From: Eledone cirrhosa | Lineage: Eukaryota | DNA length: 64,000 nt | Assembly: GCA_964016885.1 (NCBI GenBank) | Contig: OZ024745.1 | Coordinates: 45,570,001-45,634,000 of the forward strand | Direction of reading: 5' to 3' | Shown: positions 11,235 through 29,697 of the stretch, piece after piece | Numbering within the stretch: the stretch's first letter is position 1 | Layout of the letters: every line of letters starts with the position of its first letter | Translations under genes and position numbers: made by a program | The notes under the pieces: model-generated | Databases searched by the model: none | What the model saw: only the letters and a program-made list of their open reading frames with translations | Told to the model about the DNA's origin: nothing

Positions 11235-13204
11235 GTCAGCTCTGCAAACCCAAAAGTGTGTGCAGCCAGAGAACACCTGAAAGCTGCCAGGGACCAATTC
11301 TATGCTGATCCTACGGAGGAGAGGATGGAGACTGTGGATGTGATGAGGGAAGAGCTCTGTACCGCTTACACTGAGGTCAGAGAGGAGGCACTGATAGAGA
11401 AGATCAGAAGTGTGGAGAGAGCGGTTGACAGATCTGGATGTAAGGAGAGCTGGATGATCATCAACGAGATCACAGGGAGGAAGAGAAAGTGTTCGAGTCA
11501 GATCCAGGGAACGGGGCCCGAGGATAGGAAGAGGAAATGGCTAGACCATTTTAGGACCCTACCCATACCTTTCTAACACCAACAACTACCGGGGGATCTC
11601 ACTGACGTCACTTGTGGAAAAGACCCTCCACAGCCCAGAGCACTGGGGAGATCAGGCGGCTGTTTGAGGAACTGGATGTTGAGACAGAGCCCTTCACCAG
11701 AGAGGAGCTTCAGAGAGCCAAGAAGAGGATCAAGGAGGGCAAGGCTCATGGAGAAGATGGAGTGGCATCAGAGGTGATGAAGAGGTGTGATTTTGATGAT
11801 ATCATCCTGGGGTTCTGTAACGGGGCACTGGAGAAAGAAGTTGCCCCGAATCAGTGGAGGATCAGTAACATCGTCCCAGTGCCAAAGAAGGGAGATCTTT
11901 CTAACACCAACAACTACCGGGGGATCTCACTGACGTCACTTGTCGAAAAGACCCTCAACAGGATGATTCTTAACAGGATCCAGCCTGAGATGGAGAAGAA
12001 GCTCAGGGACAACCAGAACGGCTTCAGAGAGGATAGATCAACCACCAGTCACATCCTGATGCTGAGGAGGATATTAGAGGGAGCTAGAGCAAAGTGCCTT
12101 CCTGCGGTCATGGTTTTCATTGACTTTAGGAAAGCCTTTGATTCTGTGGACCGTTACTGCCTAATGAAGATCTTACAGGCTTATGGAATCCCCAAGAAGA
12201 TAGTGGACCTGATATCACTGCTCTACACCAACACCAAATCCCAAGTCATTACACCTGATGGGATGACAGAGTTCTTTGAGATACTGGCTGGAGTGCTCCA
12301 GGGAGATACATTGGCTCCCTACCTTTTTATCATCGTAGTGGACTATTGTATGCGCCTTGCACTGGAGAAACACCAGGACTCTGGCTTTACTGTAGCACCG
12401 GCTCAGAGCAGGAGAGTTAGGGCGAAAAAGGTATCGGATGCTGAATTTGCCGACGACATAGTTTTGGTGACAAATACAGTGAAGGAGGCAGAGGATTTGA
12501 TGCGGGAGGTTGAGACTGTGTCGATGAGTGTGGGGCTGAGAATGAATGAGACTAAAACAAAATATCTGGTAGAGAATGTTGAGAAGCCAGAGGGGATCAC
12601 TAATGTAGGCGGGAAGCCGCTGGAATTAGTTGAGGACTTCCTGTATTTGGGAGCAAAGATTGGGAATACGGAAGATGATGTGGTTGAGAGGAAGAGCAAG
12701 GCCTGGGCGGCGTGCCACAGCTTGAGATCGGTGTGGAAGTCGGACCTTCGTAGAGACCTGAAAATCCGCCTCTTCATTGCTGTAGTGGAGTCTGTGCTGC
12801 TGTATGGGTATGAGACTTGGACACTGACCAAGAAACTCACTCAGATGGTGGATGGGTGCTACACGAGAATGCTGAGGATGGCTCTGAACATTAATCAGTA
12901 TACACTGAGGATGAAAAACTCAGAGCTGTATGGGAGCATCCCAAAAGTCAGCTCAAAAGTGACACAGAGGAGACTGAGGTTAGCTGGACATGCCCACCGA
13001 CATCCAGAGTTGACATTGCACTCAGTACTCCTTTGGGAGCCCCTACATGGACACACTAGAAGAGGAAGACCAAGGTTAACGTATGTTGATGCCCTAAGGA
13101 CAGACACTGGTCTGTTGGAGATGCAGGACATGGCAGCGATAATGAGGGACAGAGACCGCTGGAGAGAACTCGTCCATGGATCTCGGGAATTTTACCCGCC
13201 TTAG
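11235..13204 (+). mobile_element. 5'-truncated RTE-clade LINE; reverse transcriptase ORF 11612-13204
   Basis: NYRGISL, FIDFRKAFDSV, GVLQGDTLAPYLF, FADD, FLYLG motifs; upstream linker ORF 11256-11576; no endonuclease domain. Confidence 0.92.
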
Positions 13205-13206
13205 AT

Positions 13207-13288
13207 AGTCATAATAAATTTGAAGATTAAAATCCCGTTAAGGGTGAAAGCAGCGATTCTTTGCTTAAACTTTAATCTGTTATTTTAA

Positions 13289-13295
<7 letters not shown>
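13207..13295. mobile_element. Minimal fold-back of family G (inverted element tip + 3' half HHR)
   Basis: Matches 56340-56370 then 56533-56595; similar piece at 41081-41155. Confidence 0.7.
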
Positions 13296-13319
<24 letters not shown>

Positions 13320-13330
13320 GTATATATATA

Positions 13331-13536
13331 TCCTCCTCTTTAAGACTCCCTTCAGTCGCAAAGGGCCATGGAATTTGCACCTAGAAAGTTACCATCCGAG
13401 GTGTAAGTCCAGGCAATGTTGTTTGTGGAAGGCCAGCAGTCGCCCATGCATACCTGTTTCCCCTCTCCACGCCACCGATACTGTCCAATGCAAAGGCTGA
13501 TACAGCTTGGCACCAGTGACGTCGCAACTCATTTCT

Positions 13537-13540
<4 letters not shown>
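13331..13540 (-). mobile_element. SINE fragment (cephalopod-type)
   Basis: Reverse complement reads gtagaaatgagttgcgacgtcactggtgccaagctgtatc...; recalled as an abundant octopus SINE body. Confidence 0.55.
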
Positions 13541-16938
<3,398 letters not shown>

Positions 16939-17384
16939 TTGGAAAATGTGTGTAATCCTTGGTACAGTTAGGTATATTAAGACAGGGGGGAAGAAAAAAA
17001 TGGCTTCACTTGTGCTTTCAACAAATTTATTTTCTTCACCTGAAAATAAAGTGTAATTGTAAGTGTAGTTATAAGTGTAATTGTAAGTGCACGCTTATCA
17101 TTGTAAATATTTTTAGTTTCAGTAATCACAGATTTAGTTCACGGAATGTAACACATGTACTCTGATATATTTTGATATATCCGTATAATGGATAAATGAT
17201 GTATAAACAAATATGTATATATTTTATAGCTGCAAACCTAAATAACAAGAACATTTATTAATAATATAATGTGGAAAATTATTATACAAAATAATTTGTT
17301 AGTAAATATACCACGGATACACATTACACACACAAATATTTTGGAGAAGACAGGCAAAATTAGTTTGCATCATATTTAAACACA

Positions 17385-17465
<81 letters not shown>

Positions 17466-18171
17466 GTGCACTTAGTATTGGCACATGCAAGTATGTAATA
17501 TCATCTTTGAAGAAACCGATCCAGTTTGCATTGCATAACCAAAGAGATAATTGCACCGGATATTCAGTAAAGCCATCTATATCTCTGCCGCTGTGAATTT
17601 TAATGTAATTTACAATAGCATTCGTAATATACTAAAACATAACTCCATCTGAAAGCAATTTAAGAACAAATTAAATCTAGTAGTTAGCTTTAGTAACTAA
17701 CATGTTTTATCATTACTTTGTCTTGTTACATCATTATCATAATCTTCAGATCATATGCACTCTTTGAAATTCCAGCTACTGCTTATACATATACCTCAAA
17801 GCCGCTTCTACTTAACCTTCGACTACATTCTTGCTTTAACAATCTACATTGGTATTTATAAACGCAATAATACCGCCCCTACAATTAATCTTCTAACAAG
17901 ACCCAGACTAATAATAATCATTAGTATTGCACTCTTCATCATTGTAATTCAACAGCAACATACGTACGTACAATCAAGTTGTAAGTTAGTATACTTATAT
18001 ACATACATGCACCATGGATTGATACATGGGTGACCCCCAAAAATGTATACATATTTTGATTAGAATGCTCTTGAAGTGTGTTTTTATGGAACACCTTTTA
18101 TGGACTCCAGAAATACCCGTCGAAACGGCTTGAGCTCTGCCGTCGGGGTCATCCCTTTTCCTATATATATA

Positions 18172-18452
18172 TGTGAAGGCGCATGGCCTAGTAGGCTTGC
18201 AATCGAAAGGTTGTGAATTCAATTCTCGGACCGGGTGATGTGATGTTTCCTTGCGCAAGAAAGACATTTTATTTCACGTTGCTCCAGTTTACTCTGCTGA
18301 AAATGAGTACCAGCAATAGGTGGAGGTTTAACGCTGCGATGGACTGGCGTCCTGTCCAGGAGGAAGTGTTGTACTCTCAGTCGCTTCACGCCATGAAACA
18401 GGGATAAGCACCGGCCAAATCAGCCTTCTGGCTTAAGACAGACTTTAGACTT
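18172..18452 (+). mobile_element. tRNA-derived SINE (same family as 10943-11190)
   Basis: Direct similarity over ~200 nt. Confidence 0.7.
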
Positions 18453-18568
18453 ACGACCTGCCCGCCAAGCCAGTGGGATGGCGTCTTCGTAAGGCTAAAA
18501 CTGCACGTGCTGTGACCAGCGGCGCCGAAGGGCGCCCGACAGACTGGTCAGTCAAGGTGATCAAGGTG

Positions 18569-18602
<34 letters not shown>

Positions 18603-18638
18603 TGCGAGAGGGATAGAGATACATATATGTATATATAG

Positions 18639-18705
<67 letters not shown>

Positions 18706-20002
18706 ACTTGTTTGTCTGTCTCCAATGTACTTAAAAGCCAGTGGACCAATCATGTTCAAACTTGACATGCATACACACAACACACACACACGCACAAACA
18801 AATTTAACAAAAACCAAAGTATTAGTAAGTAGGAAAGAAGACATATACACATACATATACACACACATTGAGTGGTCTATACCAGCAAGCTTGCCTTTTG
18901 GGAACAGCACGAATCATCAAGAAGGTTACGGACAGTGATACATAAGACCACTGACGTGGTCCCCTCTCATACAATATCCGGATTTTCAACACCTTATCTT
19001 GGAAAACAAACCTATAATAATTCTATATGGTGTTTTTTTTCTTCTGAGTAATAAGGCAAACAAACAAATATCTATTAAGATATTTGGGTTATATTATTTC
19101 AAGCAAGTAGAAATATAACGACTCGAGAATCGAACACTATAGTACAAAAGCAAAGTTCCCGGTGTGAATTAAGTGATCTTTTCACCTCTAATTGACTTGA
19201 TTCGTGTTACAGACATATGGGATCTTCGACTAACGAGAAAACCTCCTCTAAATAATAACTAGACCCGTAAGAATTAAGAGCCAAATCACCTTCAATTACA
19301 CCCTACATTAACGCACACCTTCGCCGACTCAGACATGGTGTGTCTGAAAGATATTAAAGGATATGTTTAACAAAGATTTTCTGAGACTATTTTCATACTA
19401 TTAGTTAGAAATGTTACAGTTCCACGCGTAGTTTATTCCAACTATCCATTAAGTAATGGGATAGAATGGGAAGTTAACTTTTATATCTAAAAATTTTGAA
19501 ACACTTTAACAATAACAAAATTATGATCACAAATATTTAATTTCAGTCTATAATTTCATTATAAATAGAAGATTCATTAGTAATAATCAACATTTGAATC
19601 TTATAGCGAGACTAACATTCTGACATTTTATTCATTGTATTTCCTATTAAGTAGAGCAGTATCAGGCATGATTAAAAACCTATTGTTTTCTGATCATTAA
19701 ATAATCGACTAAAAGAATACAATGTCAAACTCGGAGATGGCTAATCAAAATTAATACATCACATTTTCATCGTATTACCGTCATTTGAATACAGAGTCAT
19801 TAAATGTTAAGAAGTAATTCAGGTTTTCATTCATTCCTCATACGCATGGCTAGTTTAATTCTGATCAGTCATGAAATATACGATTAGAAATTGAATGGTG
19901 GAGAGTTTCCTTAAACCCCATATGCACATATAGACCCATTCACATGTACTTGTACTTTTACATAACTACATCTGTGTATCTGTTTGGGCGGGTGTGGGAT
20001 AT

Positions 20003-20036
<34 letters not shown>

Positions 20037-20622
20037 GTATATTTGTGTGTGTATATGTAGTATGTGTGTATGTGTATATGTAGTATGTATGTATGTGTAT
20101 ATGTATGATAGTATATATGTATATATGTATTATGTATGTATATAAATAATAGGAATGTTTACTAAAATATTTCTGTTCCATAATCGTTACAGACAACATC
20201 GTTATAAATACATTAAATTAATAAATAATAAAATATATAAAAACAACAGCAATACTCCAAACAACAAACATCATTACAATAACCATGAGCAATAACGATA
20301 TGGTTTAAGAACAATATAGAAACATAGCAACTAGAAAAATAAAATCATGGTTTAAATGAACATAAAAGGTACTAGTCATTGAAATGCGTATTGTTGTTTG
20401 TCTAAACTCATTACATATGTATTTAAGACGTTTCTTTGTAAACCATCCCTTTGCGATTTACCATTAAACTTGTGGAATTTCTTCTTGTACTGCTATAAGT
20501 ACACTATTTTCATGAAGGACCATGTACTAGATGGAAGTATGGTCGATTCCTTGTATTTTATGTTTTAATGCTCAACTAGGTTTTATTTAGCTTTTCTTGT
20601 TCTGAACCTAATTGATATTGAT

Positions 20623-20700
<78 letters not shown>

Positions 20701-21906
20701 ATATATATATTTGTGTATGTGTGTGTGTGTGTGTGTTTGTGTTATATTCGTTAAATAAACGTATAAATGCGCTTCAACACTAAAGTGTGATTCGATGATT
20801 TTATTGATCATGTTACCACCAACGCAATCTTGTAATTCTAAAACAAATCGAAGTTGTGACACGTGTCAACGGTATAAATCAATAACAAAGTTATTGGCAT
20901 GGTGTATGCTCTAAAAAAAGTTTAGAAGCTGGCTTAAGGAAGGTGTGGCTATATTGAATTGTGAGCAAAAGAAAAGAATTTAACATTTACTTTCACTTTA
21001 AATGTATCAAATAACTCCTTTCTCATTGTCAAGGGTTACTATTGCTACTGCGTTAATTACAAGTATCTCCAGTTAGGTGGTCGGTAATATCTAATGGAAA
21101 CAGAACAGAAATAGTCATGCATAATGCGGTGAATGCGATTTTCTCTTGTATATATTATTCAAATAGAAAATTTCTTTGTTGAGGGTTTCTTTGGTAGTGC
21201 AAATTGTTTTAGTCTGAATATTTTAGGCATGAAGTAATTTTGACTTAATTGAAGACTAGTTTTAACAAACATTGGAGCTTTCTGAATAGATGTATGTCAT
21301 CACGGGTAATGATATGACTCTATATAATAGAATATTATAACCTATCAAGAAATCGAAAATGCTTTAGTATATCCAATGGCCTGTATACTCTCCCACTTGT
21401 CAAATTGTATCTAGATTATCATTTCCCTTAGAGGGCATTTTCTGGATACACGTACCTTTCTCAATCAATATTTAATCTGTGCGTTTGAAGATGATTACAG
21501 TTAGCGATTCATTCTGTTTTAAACCTAGATCTCCCACTCAGACTAAACGATTGAACATTCCCCTTCTTGAGTTCGAATGTTCCACCAGTATAAAATAGTT
21601 TATAAGTGGCCGTTACTGAATGTATTTAATATATATATATACATTCTTAAACCCTTTATCTACTACATCTCTCTTTATTTCTTGTAATGTTCTAACATCC
21701 ATTATTCTGTTTGGTCATCTCCCACCACGTTTTGTTCACACTACTAAACTTTATTTACAGAATTCCAATATATATTTATCTTTTTTTCTCTGTCTGAAAT
21801 GTTAGAATTGATTTGCAGTCTAACTTACTTCGTAAATAATATTGAACTGTGTTTTGCAGACTCAAGATTAGCACTTGTTTATTCGGAATCTAGTGATTTG
21901 GTTTAA

Positions 21907-22116
21907 CAAAAGATAAATAATTGTTTCTAATTTTGGCAGAAGGCCAGCAATTATCCAGTGTATTACTGGTACTTTATTTTATCGACCGCGTAAGGATGAA
22001 AGGCAAAGTTAACCTCAGCGGGATTTGAACTCAGAACGTAAAGGGACGTAGCTATGCTAGAAAGCATGGCGTCCGACCCTCTACCGATACTGCCAATCTA
22101 CCAAAAGATAAATAAT
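21907..22116 (-). mobile_element. Octopus-type tRNA SINE with 15-bp target-site duplication
   Basis: CAAAAGATAAATAAT at 21907-21921 and 22102-22116; B-box-like GAGTTCAAATCC on minus. Older copies near 9600, 22250, 30130, 30900, 42250 and 52620. Confidence 0.85.
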
Positions 22117-23100
22117 GTAGGCTTTATTGTAACTTTTTACACTGGCGGAAACTCTCGTCACATGGTTTCAATTTGCATCTTCGTCGATATCTTAGAATTA
22201 ATTATCTTAGATATAATGATGGTTGATTGGTAGATTTGTTAGATCACTAGGTCTGTAGATGGTCAGAGGCAGTAGAGCGTCAGACAAATGTTTTTCATTA
22301 TTTTTACGTCCCTTTATATGCTGATTTTAAATCCTTCCGAATTCAAATGTGACTTTCATCCTTCTGGGGTTGGTTCACACTACTTTCCGCCTATCCCGAA
22401 TTGCTGACATTGTGCTTAAAACAGAAAATATTATCTTATATAAAGCATTACGGTAGCGACAGAAGGATAAACTGAAGACCTTTTGACCAATAGGTCAACA
22501 TCGTATTCACCTGTCAGCAGTTGACTTCTAATGCGTTTAGCAGCAGAAAATGACTTAGACTGGCTAAAAACTTGTAGAATGTAAAACTACAATAATAAAT
22601 CGATATCTAGTTACTGATCCAGTATTTTAATAAAGTATGTGGATATTCGATATATTGATTGTATATGCAGGTGTAGAGTTATATTTATATGTATTGTTTT
22701 TTTTTATGTTTTCACTCCTTTCTGTTAATGTTACCAACAAGTCAAGTGAAATTATTTAACTATGAATTAATACAGCTTGATGGGAACTTGGTATTGCTAG
22801 TTTTAAAAAACACAAAGCGATATCCATACAGTCACAGCATGCTATTCAACGAGAGGTGGACAATGTCCAACTTAAAATTTTTTATACTCAACGAAATCTA
22901 TCTATATTCCCTTGTGTTGATCAAGATATTATCGTGTTATGTTTTAGGTATGAATGTCAATTGAATGAAAGAATGCATGTATGTAAAAATGAATAGATTT
23001 AACGATGAATGGTTTAATACATAAATCAGAAGATTGAGTAGAAAAATGAATGGCCTATTGAATGAGTGTGTAATCAATGCATTAGGTTAGACATGGACAC

Positions 23101-23185
<85 letters not shown>

Positions 23186-23663
23186 CACGTAAATGCATCA
23201 GTTGAGCTATGTTAAAGAATAAATGAAAACAAATTAGATTTGTTTTTAAGATAACAATGTAATAAATAAACGTAGAGAACATTATATTACAAAATTGTTG
23301 GTTACCATTGTTTTCAAATAATAAAATAACCATGAATTAGATATATAGTATCACTTTGAAAACATTCACTTTACTTCGCTATTACACTCCTTATGAACAC
23401 ATTCAGTACTACAATGTATTTATCTTCCAAAAACTTATGAGTTACTGGAATGTTTTCATATGCCTGGTTTCCATTTATCGCTTATACTGTCAGCGGAAAT
23501 GTTGGTGTATTTGCATGATCTGTGAAGCGATATTGCTCTCATGATGAAGTTTGCATTAATTGACGCCACACTTCACCGCTCTATGTTCCAATAATGTCAT
23601 ACCTCCTCTCTCTCATTCTGTTTCCCGGATCTTCTCTCTTCCTCTTACTATATATATATATAT

Positions 23664-26600
23664 TTAAAAGATAAACAAGGTTCAATGAATACATCAAAGA
23701 ATGAGTTTTACAATAGATTCGAAGCACTAAACTGAAAAAAGGTTTTCCAGAGTTATTAATATTAATTCAAAATATTAACAAAATAGATATTCTTGTGATC
23801 AAGTATATTTTATTATACATATTTTAGAGGTACTTAGTTAAGTTCAACAGTACGTTCTCATCAGATAAAATAAGATGATGCATGACATACCCTGACATAG
23901 TAGATGGTTAAGATTCAGTCATGGTAGTGATTAACATATGACAAAACTCAATATTTATATCCTAATATTGAGAACATGAGAAAAATATTTAATACAAACA
24001 ATAGAGAGGGTGCGTGTAATACAGCTTAAAAAATACATGGCATCAATATAACAGTTAACAAATTTTTTTTTTTTTTTTAAACTACTGAAGAAAGAGGAAA
24101 GAAAGGAAAGCATAGAGGAAGAAACAGCTGATGTGATAATATATTTAGTAGGTGCCTCGAAAAACAAATGAAAGATGATTAAAGAGAGAGAGAGACAAAG
24201 GGGAGTAATTTATGTTCAAGTTTATAGACAGTTATCCATATATGCAATATATATCCAAATTTATTTAGTTGACCGTTAATATTCAAAATATTTAATTTAA
24301 GTTATTTCAGAGTAATGAGTAATATTTTAGGTTTTAAAAGTTAATAGGTATTTGTATTAATATTATATTATACTATCAAGTTTAATTTCTAAAAGTCAAA
24401 TTTTATGAAAACAAATTTAAAGGATTTACGAAACACGAGAAAGAAAATATATACTGCTTTTATACCCTCACTAAGGTAATCTTTACCAAAATTATTTATA
24501 ATATTGACAACAGTTTATATAATATAATTTATAAAATAATTATAGTTATAATTATTAAAGAATTTAAGATTAAATAGTTTGTGTGCCTAAAGGATCAACC
24601 GGCCTTATAATTAAACTTAAAGAAGTCTGAATTTTTAATTATATAAACGTGTTAATCAAAATATATACAAGGATTATAATGTCTAAAGACTTAAGGTGAT
24701 ACCTTTCAAATATATATAATATAATACAATAATACAATATAGTAAATAGGTTACTGAAAATATTGTTAAAAAAATATATATAGTTAAAATATATTGTTAA
24801 AAATATTGTTAAAAAATTAATGTTTTATATCAATTATTTTCATTTAGTTGATATATACTATAAACATATAAGTCAAAACTACATGAGTCCTAATGATAGG
24901 GGCTAGATACAAAATAAATATAAAAATACAAATAAAAATAATGAATTGTTTGTTAAACTTAAAAATGCCCAATATTAAAAATATATTATATATGTAATAG
25001 GGTTTTAATATATAGTAGACAAAAGATACGTCTAAAATATTTTAGCGAATGTGATAGAAAGAGGAGCTAAATATTTGAAAATGCCGAAGGTAATCTAAAT
25101 TTAATTAAAATAAATTAAATTAAATTATATTAAATTAAGTAATACTCATTATATAAATTCGAACTTCCAGGGAATATCAAACACTTATAACAATATAGAG
25201 TCATTTGAGTATCTAAATTATTTATAAATGTAACTACGAGTATGTTATTATACTAGATAAACATATTTGTACAACTTTATATAGAGATTATTATAGGTAT
25301 TAATGAAACAGTATAATCATTATTAGTAATGCTATAATTGTAGTTTTACCTCCAGTTCAGTGGAGAGAGAGACCAATATTTGTCGACTATTATGGTTTGT
25401 TATATTTATACCTAGATATATATAAAAAATAAATAAATGCCAATCTAACTTTCTGAGTCCCCAAAACATACTCAAAATGAGTAAAATATGCAAACGCATG
25501 AATGATCCACAGTTCAATTATAATCGGTAAATTTACAAGTTAAATATCCAAATTATATATTTAAAACAGAGACAGATAAATAAAGATCCGAATCAAAAAT
25601 TATAAATATCTAAAAAAATCCTAAAGTGTGCATATTTATCAAGTAAACAAGTTATCAACAGAGGATCCTTAATTCTAACATTAATTCTATCATAAATGAT
25701 TAGAAGATAAAGCATTATTAAAGTTTTATAAACCGTTATGACTTTTTAGGCCCAACATTTAATAAAAGACGTCAAAAATTAAGGCCTGATTGTTTAGTGT
25801 TTTTTCCTGACTTTTTGCGAGGCTTGGAATGTAGACAAAGCTTTATGAAGGCAGTTTGAGAATAATTCACTTTTTTTGTTAATTAAGTTTTCATAATAAT
25901 TAATTATTAATAGGGTCTCCTTTGTGCAGAGGTTGCAGTTAGTTGATAATGACGAGTTCGTGTATATTTTACTATTACAAAGCTTCGCCCAAAAGATCGA
26001 GTATTTTAAATTTTTGTCTTTTAATGACCATATAAGTTGTGATAAAGAAGTCGAAGACTTCCTATTAAAATTCGAAAATGAGCATTTGTGATTCGCAATT
26101 ATCGATTTAAATGTCGAAGAAGTTGCCCCTATATAGTTGTATGTGTTGTTATTTCTTTTTACGGTGCATTTATACACCATATTTCTATCCAGACAATTAT
26201 TTTGCAGAGGACAATCTAGTTTAATTCTACAATTACATTTCGATGTATTATTATTTATATTAACACTATTATTAATAGCATTATGTTGATTTTGGTTTAG
26301 AGTTATACTATTTAGTTTAGCGATGTTTTGGGCCATATGCATAGTTGTAGAATAAGAAAGTTTAATTGTGTGTCTATTAAATATGGAGTGGTATTTATGT
26401 TGACTAGGGAAGGAACTATCTAAAGCTTTAAAAAATAGATTAGCTATTGGTGTTCTTACTGCTAATGAAGCAGGGGGGGGGGGGGCAAACCATATAACTG
26501 ATTTAGTTCTGGTTCTTTTCCCCGATTTACTCACAGTACAGGTGTTTGAATTATAATTATTAGAATTTTTAGAATTTCGTTTATATATGCCATTATTTTT

Positions 26601-27240
26601 ATCAGGATTAAGACTCGGATTATTATTGTCTATATATTCTATATTATTTTTATAACCTGCCTTTCTTACCGCATCATTGTAATATCCTGCTTTTTCATCA
26701 AATATTGATTTATTGGCAGATATTCTAGTTATGCGTTTCTGTACACTATTTACAATTGCGTTTTTCACAGATTTAGGGTGATTAGAGTAATAACTAACGT
26801 AATTTAAGTTTTCATTGGGCTTATGGAAAGGGTAATAAAAATCAGAGTTTAAGTTAAGGGTAACATCAAGAAATTAACTATTTTGGTTCCACTTTCTACC
26901 TTTGGTTTAAGGTCGTAATTTTTAAAGAATTCAATTATATTTTTCTTTACCCTATTTAGTTCTGTATTGTTGTGTTTAACAACCGTAAATAAAATATCGT
27001 CCCTATATAAACCACCGGTAACTCCGGCAGTTTTCTATTTATCATATTTAACATCAAAATCCCCAGAAGATCCGTGACTTGCGCTGAGTCCGATGATCCC
27101 ATGGTAATGTCGAAGTTTCCATTTCTATCTGAGCGGGTCCAATTTTTTAAACTGTTATATTGATGCCATGTATTACACGCTGTATTACACGCACCCTCTC
27201 TATTGTTTGTATTATATATTTTTCTCAATATGCTCCGAAA
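23664..27240 (-). mobile_element. 5'-truncated, frameshifted Penelope-like retroelement (RT + C-terminal GIY-YIG) with long AT-rich 3' region
   Basis: FDITMGSSDSAQV and GGLYRDD (near 27000, frameshifted), NFLDVTLNL; ORF 25794-26768 with CNC...CPL, MVYKC...YIGAT, CNLC..E. The left boundary is inferred from the TA tract and a degenerate HHR. Confidence 0.85.
23705..23870 (-). ncRNA. Degenerate hammerhead, 137-nt domain II
   Basis: CTGATGA-GAAcGTACT...AGTGCTTC-GAAtCTATTGTA; GAAA mutated and helix I poor. Confidence 0.45.
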
Positions 27241-27247
27241 TCAATAG

Positions 27248-27375
27248 ACGTGTCCGAGAAACCTGCGAGGAACTTGCTAGTCTAGAGTCAGGTCGATCCG
27301 CACACAGATCGCACCTCGAGCTGTTCGCCGGAGAAACATTTGTAACACACTAAATTGAGTTCCGATGCATCACTG

Positions 27376-27377
<2 letters not shown>
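27248..27377 (+). mobile_element. Family H pLTR-like fragment with degenerate HHR
   Basis: Similar to 53851-53972: acctgc...tcgagct...gccggaGAAACATTTGTAacac...gatgcatcactgatt, then (TA)n. Confidence 0.7.
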
Positions 27378-27451
<74 letters not shown>

Positions 27452-27899
27452 CTGATTTTGGCACAAGTCCAGCAATTTGGCGGGGAAGGGAAAGTCGGTT
27501 ATTACTTAACTAAAATTTTTACGGAAACTTAATGCAGATATAACTACCATTTTCGAAATAGAAATATTCGCTGCAAAAGGAAAAAGGTGTGATGTGTAAA
27601 CATTTAAAACTATTCCTTGGTACAGATACGTGATACAAGATAGTATCCTGATGCACTTCAAACATTATCAGAATATAACTACCCGTATGATTCTGTGTAT
27701 GGATGAATATTTCTATAACCACTCCATATATATCTTACAGAATATAGAAAATACATAATCAATATTTATACTAGAACACAGTATACATTTGAAGATTTTA
27801 AATCAAATTTAATATGAGTCTAAATATGTTTTTGTTTTAATTAGAAACCTTTGTGTGAAAAGAATAACTTGAAGTGCAAAACCCTTCAACGATCCCTCC

Positions 27900-28450
27900 C
27901 TCTCCGAATATAGAAATACAGAACAGATTATCTCGATGAATTTCAGATATAATTGTCCCCGTGAGAGGATAACTGTCCCTATGATTCTGTGTAGGTTGCA
28001 CCTACATTTAGTTTAAAACCTGATGAAACCGAATATTACTGATTCAAATACCAATTGCTTTAGGGTTTTTATAATGGATGACTGATTGCAATAGGTATTT
28101 ATAATGGATGACTGACGTAAGGTTGGATGAAATAGTGCCACCAGACTAAAACTTAAATATGGAGGTGTTTTGGACTCTTCATTCGTGATAATTCGTCGTG
28201 TAAAAGGATATCGCTGCTTGGGTGAACGTAAAAAAGCAGAAAATATCCAGGCCAGTTGGAGATTGATACACGTACGTTGTTTCATACTAGAAGTGCCTCA
28301 TCAGGTTCAACCAAATTGCTGTAAGTATCAAGGGCATCATGCTAGCGTGATTCAGAGAAAAATTTAGTTTGATGATGCAACGGATATAGAGGATTTTGTT
28401 CAAACAAATATCAATAGATATAGTGAACTAGAGACTTGCAAATTGTGAGT
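27900..28450 (+). pseudogene. Highly decayed mariner transposase remnant
   Basis: Traces resembling GDET (28017), HDNA (28180) and WE...HP...APSD (28256-28305). Confidence 0.35.
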
Positions 28451-29395
28451 GAAGTATTCTATGTTAACCACTCAACCATTATGAAAGTATGAATCTACCA
28501 TCTAGACAGACAGAACTACCGAAATATAAATAATATCATTTGCTTTGGAGATCCATCATGCCATTTTTATCAATTCTTCTTTAAATAAAGAACGAAATCA
28601 ATTGACAAAATTGTATGTTTTATTATGCGACATGAAAGCATCGTTATGAAAGTGACAGCAAATAATCAAAAGGCATTTGTAAACATAGGTAACAGTTTCC
28701 ACTGGTATATGACATTTCCAAAGCGCAGATAGATACTTACCGCAACACTTACATTTGTCAGACAGGGCAAATACACTTTCCACATTAGTTTTCAATATCA
28801 TCAGTGTTTTCTTAAATATACTTTGTATACTCTGGCTGGTTCAGCATAGCTGCATAGACTTTCAGTTTCTAAGTTAAAAATATATTTATTGTTGAAAAGG
28901 CATACACAATGATGAAAGTATTTTTTTAAAAATGAGATTTAAATAATAAACAGGAAGAGGGGAAAGCAAAAAACGGTGGAGAAATATGGTTAAATATTTG
29001 AATCTGCTCTATTAGCTAAATACCAAATAATGTACATGGAATATCGATTGTAAAATATATTCGAATTCTTGAGAGCAATAGTTCTCCATCTACTGGAATG
29101 ATATATTCTAGCAAGCCAGTTTGTATATATGCTACTCAAAACATGATACATATCATAGTTTTAGGTAAAAGATAATCACTGAAAATCATAACCAACAGAT
29201 TGAAGCAATCAGTTATTTACGATTCACCGGTGCTATGCTTGCTAAGAGATGTTCATCACTTTATCATGGCCTTTAAACTGTCTTATGAGAGTCACGAATA
29301 TATCATGGTTTAACTGTTGACCTGATACACATAAAAATATTGTAATATATATATCTTTTCTTTATCTCCGCTCGTCTCCCTCGTTGTCTTTCTCC

Positions 29396-29459
<64 letters not shown>

Positions 29460-29506
29460 GGATATATATATACATAAACGCAAGAGAAACTTCAGAATAA
29501 CAGCTC

Positions 29507-29697
<191 letters not shown>

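Noticed and set aside
12403-13131. Minus-strand ORFs of 145 and 78 aa
   Set aside because: Antisense shadows of the RTE RT; likewise 54404-54913 against the mariner transposase.
28015-28305. CTGATGA at 28020 (+) and CTGATGA...GAAAC at ~28272-28303 (-)
   Set aside because: Helices do not close; better explained as mariner coding remnants.
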